Origin: an uncultured Chlamydiae bacterium
Lineage (GTDB): Bacteria; Chlamydiota; Chlamydiia; Chlamydiales; Parachlamydiaceae
Direction of reading: 5' to 3'
Assembly: GCA_963830365.1 (NCBI GenBank)
Contig: CAWHMU010000020.1
Span: 1-57,017, forward strand
DNA length: 57,017 bases
Part shown: piece by piece, positions 52,167-57,017 of the stretch
Layout: every line of letters starts with the position of its first letter
Position numbering within the stretch: the first letter of the stretch is position 1
Program-made: the position numbers and the translations under genes
Notes under the pieces: generated by a model
Seen by the model: only the letters and a program-made list of their open reading frames with translations
Told to the model about the DNA's origin: nothing
The model's database searches: none

Positions 52167-54533
52167 ATGAATGAAGCTGACACATGTAGGCAATATATCC
52201 TTCCAAAAATTGTAGCTGCTGGATGGGATAACTTGCCCCATTCAATTACCGAGCAACGAACATTTACTGATGGTCGAATTTTTGTAGCTGGCAATAAAGT
52301 TAAGAGGGGTAAACAAAAGCGTGCCGATTATTTGCTACGTTATACTAAAGATTTCCCAATCGCAGTTGTTGAGGCTAAAGCTGCACATAAAAATCCAGGA
52401 GCCGGCTTACAACAAGCAAAAGAGTACGCAGAAATTTTAGGATTAAAGTTTGCTTATTCAACTAACGGTGTCAATATTATTGAGTTTGATTATATAACCG
52501 GAAAAGAAAGCTTGCTTACAGACCTTCCAAGTCCTAGTGAGTTATGGAAAAGACTGAAAGGCGATCAACATATTTCCGACGATCATGCCGATATAATTTT
52601 AAGTAGCTTTTTTAATCAACCTGGTAAACAGCCCCGCTATTATCAAGAAATTGCTATAAACAAAATTGTTCAAACAATTGTTCAAGGAAAAAAACGCGTT
52701 CTTGTCACAATGGCTACCGGCACTGGAAAGACAGTGGTTTCATTTCAAGTTTGCTGGAAGCTTTGGACTAGCAGATGGAATATAAAAGGAGAATTTAGAA
52801 AACCACGAATTCTTTTTTTAGCTGATCGAAGCATTCTTGTAGATGACCCTAAAGATAAAACATTCACACCCTTTGGCGATGCACGTTACAAATTGGAAAA
52901 TTGCTGTATCTCAAAAGGACGTGAAATGTACTTTGCAACTTATCAAGCGATTGCAGAAGATGAAAGAAGGCAAGGGCTTTACAGAGAGTTTGCTGCTGAC
53001 TTTTTTGATCTTATTATTATTGACGAATGCCATAGAGGATCGGCAAGTAAGGAGAGTAGCTGGCGAGAAATACTAGAATATTTTCATCACGCTGTACAAC
53101 TAGGAATGACAGCTACTCCCCTCAGAGATGATAATCGTGATACTTACACCTATTTTGGCAATCCAATATACACTTACAGTTTACGGCAGGGTATAGACGA
53201 TGGATTTTTAGCACCATATTGTGTTCATCGTATAATAACCACTGCCGATGCAGCAGGTTGGAGACCTTCATTTAAAGAGGTTGATCGATATGGAAGGGAG
53301 ATTCCCGATGGTGAATATCAAACAAAGGATTTTGAGCGTTTGATAGCCCTACGTTCACGGACTAAAGCTATTGCAAAGCACTTAACGGATCACCTAAAAA
53401 AAACGGATCGGTTTTCTAAGACCATTGTTTTTTGTGTAGATCAGGAACATGCCGAAGAAATGCGCCGAGCTATCAATAACCTTAATCAGGATCTTACAGC
53501 ACAATACCCAAACTATGTTTGTCGCATTACATCTGACGAAGGTGACATTGGACGTGGACATCTCAGTCGTTTTCAAGAACTCGAAACTATGGAGCCTGTA
53601 ATCCTAACGACTTCAAAACTCCTGACCACAGGAGTTGATGCACCAATGGTTAAAAATGTGGCTCTAGCGCGGGTTGTTGGTTCTATGACGGAATTTAAAC
53701 AAATAATAGGCAGAGGAACGCGTGTACGAGATGATTACGGAAAATATTTTTTTAACATTCTTGATTATACAGGTTCAGCAACAAGCCATTTTGCTGATCC
53801 TGAATTTGACGGAGAGCCTTCACTGATTAAAGAAGAGAATATAGACGATAACGGCAACCTAATCGATGAAGAAATCTGCGTAAAGAATTTAACAGATGAT
53901 GAATGGAACGACATTATAAACGGTGATCCCCCTCCAATTTCCGACACTCAAGTTGAAAAACCTAAAAAATTTTATGTGGATGGTGGTTCAATAGACGTCA
54001 TAGCAGACCTTGTATATGAACTTAATGCAAATGGAAAACAGCTTAATGTGGTTAAGTATACTGACTATACGGCCAATACTATTCGTAGTCTTTACCCAAA
54101 TCCTTCTGTTTTCCGTGAACAATGGATGAATTCTGCTGAGCGGGAAGATATTATTCAAAAACTCAAGGACCAAGGAATTGATTTTGAAAAATTAGCTGAA
54201 CAAACCCTACAGCCAGATGCTGACCCATTTGACTTGCTTTGCCATGTAGCTTTTAATGCGCCACTTCGAACAAGAAAAGAACGAGCTGAGCGTGTTAAAG
54301 CGAATAAACAAGATTTTTTTGAGAAATATAGCTATGCAGCACGGGAAATTTTAGAATACCTGTTAAAAAAATACACCGATCATGGTCTGGATCAGTTTAG
54401 AATACCAGAAGCATTAAAGGTTCCTCCAATTTCTAATTATGGAAACATTGGCGAAATAATTAAATTATTTGGCAGTGCTGATGATTTACGAAATGCAATT
54501 AACGAATTACAAAATCAACTATACGTGGCTTAA
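52167..54533 (+). CDS. hsdR: Type I restriction enzyme R subunit (EcoEI/EcoAI-like short form)
   Basis: MNEADT, RADY..VEAK nuclease motif, MATGTGKT, DECHRG, MTATP, QIIGRGTR. Confidence 0.93.
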   Translation: MNEADTCRQYILPKIVAAGWDNLPHSITEQRTFTDGRIFVAGNKVKRGKQKRADYLLRYTKDFPIAVVEAKAAHKNPGAGLQQAKEYAEILGLKFAYSTNGVNIIEFDYITGKESLLTDLPSPSELWKRLKGDQHISDDHADIILSSFFNQPGKQPRYYQEIAINKIVQTIVQGKKRVLVTMATGTGKTVVSFQVCWKLWTSRWNIKGEFRKPRILFLADRSILVDDPKDKTFTPFGDARYKLENCCISKGREMYFATYQAIAEDERRQGLYREFAADFFDLIIIDECHRGSASKESSWREILEYFHHAVQLGMTATPLRDDNRDTYTYFGNPIYTYSLRQGIDDGFLAPYCVHRIITTADAAGWRPSFKEVDRYGREIPDGEYQTKDFERLIALRSRTKAIAKHLTDHLKKTDRFSKTIVFCVDQEHAEEMRRAINNLNQDLTAQYPNYVCRITSDEGDIGRGHLSRFQELETMEPVILTTSKLLTTGVDAPMVKNVALARVVGSMTEFKQIIGRGTRVRDDYGKYFFNILDYTGSATSHFADPEFDGEPSLIKEENIDDNGNLIDEEICVKNLTDDEWNDIINGDPPPISDTQVEKPKKFYVDGGSIDVIADLVYELNANGKQLNVVKYTDYTANTIRSLYPNPSVFREQWMNSAEREDIIQKLKDQGIDFEKLAEQTLQPDADPFDLLCHVAFNAPLRTRKERAERVKANKQDFFEKYSYAAREILEYLLKKYTDHGLDQFRIPEALKVPPISNYGNIGEIIKLFGSADDLRNAINELQNQLYVA

Positions 54534-54556
54534 ATTCGAAATAACAAGGATTTGAA

Positions 54557-56119
54557 ATGATTACAAAAAATGTAATAATGAAAAAACAGAATTTAAGGAC
54601 AATAGAACAGCTCGAATCTCTAATTGATAACGCAAGAAAAATAATGCGTAAAGACAAAGGGTTAAATGGGGATCTCGATCGTCTTCCTATGCTTACTTGG
54701 ATAATGTTTTTAAAGTTTCTTGATGATATGGAATTTATCCGTGAGCAAGAGGCTCAACTTTGTGGTGAAAAATACCGTCCTACTATTGATAATCCATATA
54801 GATGGCGTGATTGGGCAGCTCAAAAAGATGGCATAACAGGAGATGAATTAATAACTTTTATTAATCAAGAAGAAGTTTTGTTACCTGGTGGAAGAAAGGG
54901 AAAGGGATTGTTTGCATACTTGAAATCACTTGAAGGTGATGGTAAAAGCCGCAAAGATGTTATTGCAATTATTTTTAAAGGAACGGTCAATCGCATGATT
55001 AATGGATATCTACTTAGAGAGGTTATTAATAAGGTAGATGATATCCATTTTAGTTCATCCGAAGAAACACATACACTGGGGATGCTCTACGAAAAAATGC
55101 TAACTGAAATGCGAGATGCAGCTGGTGACAGTGGGGAATTTTATACACCAAGACCGGTTGTACAGTTTATGGTTGCTACGACTAATCCAAAACTTGGAGA
55201 TAGCGTTCTGGACCCTGCTTGTGGTACAGGCGGTTTTTTATCTGAAGCATTTATTCACCTTCAAAAACAGTGTAAGACAGTTAATGATCAAAAACGACTG
55301 CAAGAACAATCAATATTCGGGCAAGAAGCAAAACCTTTACCTTATCTTCTAGGTGAAATGAACTTGTTACTGCATGGACTGGAATTTCCAAATATTACTT
55401 ACGGAAATACACTTGCTCAAAAGATAACTGAAATAGGTGACAATGAAAGAGTAGATTTGATTCTTACAAATCCACCTTTTGGTGGAGAGGAAGAAACGGG
55501 GATTAAATCAAACTTTCCCAGTGACTTACAAACTTCAGAAACAGCATTGCTTTTCTTGCAATACATTATGCGAAAGTTAAAGCGATTAGAAAAAAACAAA
55601 GGAGTTCCTGGTCGGGCTGCGGTTGTTGTTCCTAATGGAATTCTATTTGGCGATGGCGTATGTGCCCGAATTAAAGAACAACTCCTAAGAGATTTTAATC
55701 TACATACAATTGTAAGACTTCCAGAAGGCGTTTTTGCACCCTATACCGATATACCGACAAATATTATTTTTTTTGATAAGGGAGGTCCTACAAAAGAAAC
55801 ATGGTTTTATGAGCAACCAATTGCAGAAATTCATAGAACTAAAAAGAATCCAAGATACTCTAAGACAAAGCCCATGCAATATTCCGAATTTGAAGAATGT
55901 CTCACTTGGTGGAGTAATCGTAAAGACAATGATTTTGCATGGAAAGTATCAGCAGATGTTATTAGTTTAAATAATTATAATTTAGATATTAAGAATCCTA
56001 ATTCTATAGAATCTCTTGTCCACCTACCGCCAACAGTTCTTTTAGATAACATTCTTGAAAAGGAACAAATGATCATTAATCTAATGAACGAGTTAAAATC
56101 TGAATTGAGGAGTAGATAG
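54557..56119 (+). CDS. hsdM: Type I R-M N6-adenine methyltransferase M subunit
   Basis: GEFYTPR, LDPACGTGGFL, TNPPFGG, LPEGVFAPYT. Confidence 0.95.
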   Translation: MITKNVIMKKQNLRTIEQLESLIDNARKIMRKDKGLNGDLDRLPMLTWIMFLKFLDDMEFIREQEAQLCGEKYRPTIDNPYRWRDWAAQKDGITGDELITFINQEEVLLPGGRKGKGLFAYLKSLEGDGKSRKDVIAIIFKGTVNRMINGYLLREVINKVDDIHFSSSEETHTLGMLYEKMLTEMRDAAGDSGEFYTPRPVVQFMVATTNPKLGDSVLDPACGTGGFLSEAFIHLQKQCKTVNDQKRLQEQSIFGQEAKPLPYLLGEMNLLLHGLEFPNITYGNTLAQKITEIGDNERVDLILTNPPFGGEEETGIKSNFPSDLQTSETALLFLQYIMRKLKRLEKNKGVPGRAAVVVPNGILFGDGVCARIKEQLLRDFNLHTIVRLPEGVFAPYTDIPTNIIFFDKGGPTKETWFYEQPIAEIHRTKKNPRYSKTKPMQYSEFEECLTWWSNRKDNDFAWKVSADVISLNNYNLDIKNPNSIESLVHLPPTVLLDNILEKEQMIINLMNELKSELRSR

Positions 56120-56703
56120 TGAAAAACAATTGGCCGAGAGTTAAACTCAATAAAATCCTTCAAGAGCGTAAAGAATCCCCTAACCCCATTCATATAGCCT
56201 CCGGAGACATAAAAATTATTTCAAAAATAGGTTTTGAAAGTGGTAAAATTGAGTTTCGCCAAAACTCCTCAACACATACAAAAATGATTTCTATCCATCC
56301 TGGAGATTTAGTTATTTCAGGAATTAATGCTTCAAAAGGCGCAATAGCAATAATGGATAGTTCATTTAAAGCTTCAGCAACCATACATTATAGTTCATAT
56401 GCAGTTAATGAAAATCTTGCAGATAGATTTTTTCTATGGCTCTATTTTCGAAGTGCTTATTTTCAAGAAATATTAACTAGTCAACTTCGAAATGGAATAA
56501 AAACAGAGCTTAAAGCTAATAGATTTCTTCAAGTTGAAGCCCCTCTCCCCCCTATTAAGGATCAGCATAAAATAATAAAAAAAATAACATCTCATGAACA
56601 AGCACTCCAAGCTTCATTTAGAATTTCAGAAAAGCAGATTGATGAATTGGAGGTTCTGAAAAGATCTTTAATAATGTATTTGATAGCCTACTGCCTACGG
56701 TGA
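56119..56703 (+). CDS. hsdS: Type I R-M specificity subunit, only one TRD present (probably truncated by the junction at ~56690)
   Basis: [29 protein letters not shown]; overlaps the hsdM stop. Confidence 0.75.
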   Translation: MKNNWPRVKLNKILQERKESPNPIHIASGDIKIISKIGFESGKIEFRQNSSTHTKMISIHPGDLVISGINASKGAIAIMDSSFKASATIHYSSYAVNENLADRFFLWLYFRSAYFQEILTSQLRNGIKTELKANRFLQVEAPLPPIKDQHKIIKKITSHEQALQASFRISEKQIDELEVLKRSLIMYLIAYCLR

Positions 56704-57017
56704 TGCTCTGGCTGATGTCACCGGTCAGCAGGTTGGGGATGCGGTCGATCACGCTCGACCGGGCAGATTTCATCCTGAACTCGCCAGCTTGTTGAGCGGC
56801 CAAGGCCTTCTGGTGCGAAGCCAGCGCAAATGCGTCCTGGTCTTCGCGGCTGACCTTCCACTGGTCGGCGACCTTCTCGGCCGTCAAACCCATGCCGTAG
56901 GCGATGCCGATGTTGTCGTCGGTGGTGAAGACCAACGGGTCGAACGAGGGCTTGTTACCGCCCATGGGCACCAGGCTCATGGACTCGGCGCCGCCGGCAA
57001 TCATCACGTCGGCTTCG
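56692..57017 (-). other. Internal fragment of a GC-rich acetyl-CoA C-acyltransferase (thiolase) gene, apparently from a different organism
   Basis: [42 protein letters not shown]; abrupt GC and codon shift. Confidence 0.8.

Overview
This window looks like a chromosomal segment from an environmental Chlamydiota (Parachlamydiales-like) bacterium. That call is an inference from gene order matching Chlamydia: clpX-clpP-tig-SNF2 helicase-mreB-pckG; LysM protein-yidD-RMD1-recO; ileS-lepB-CT021-like. Positions 1-42.8 kb are core genome: housekeeping genes, 7 tRNAs, pncB-pncA, an S10 peptidase and several candidate secreted effectors, one ending in a CaaX motif. The intergenic spaces hold at least five families of palindromic or MITE-like repeats. 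These include a 13 x 164-bp tandem array and nested ISL3-type MITEs with intact 8-bp target duplications. From tRNA(CAT) at 42.7 kb the sequence turns AT-rich and forms two tandem modules with the same head: tRNA 3' half, ~226-bp hairpin repeat array, REP-associated tyrosine (HUH/Y1) transposase, REP end. Each carries different, defence-rich cargo. Module 1 has AbiEi/AbiEii, an AAA ATPase and a truncated serine hydrolase. Module 2 has a lipoprotein, an IS66 relic, a DUF5681 protein, an XRE regulator and a type I R-M system. No integrase is visible, and REP ends coincide with gene-truncation points. This RAYT/REP/tRNA tandem island is the best candidate for an undescribed system. Both window ends look low-quality: multiple frameshifts at 1-3349 and an abrupt join to a GC-rich thiolase at ~56.69 kb that is probably chimeric. 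All calls were made by eye, without database searches.
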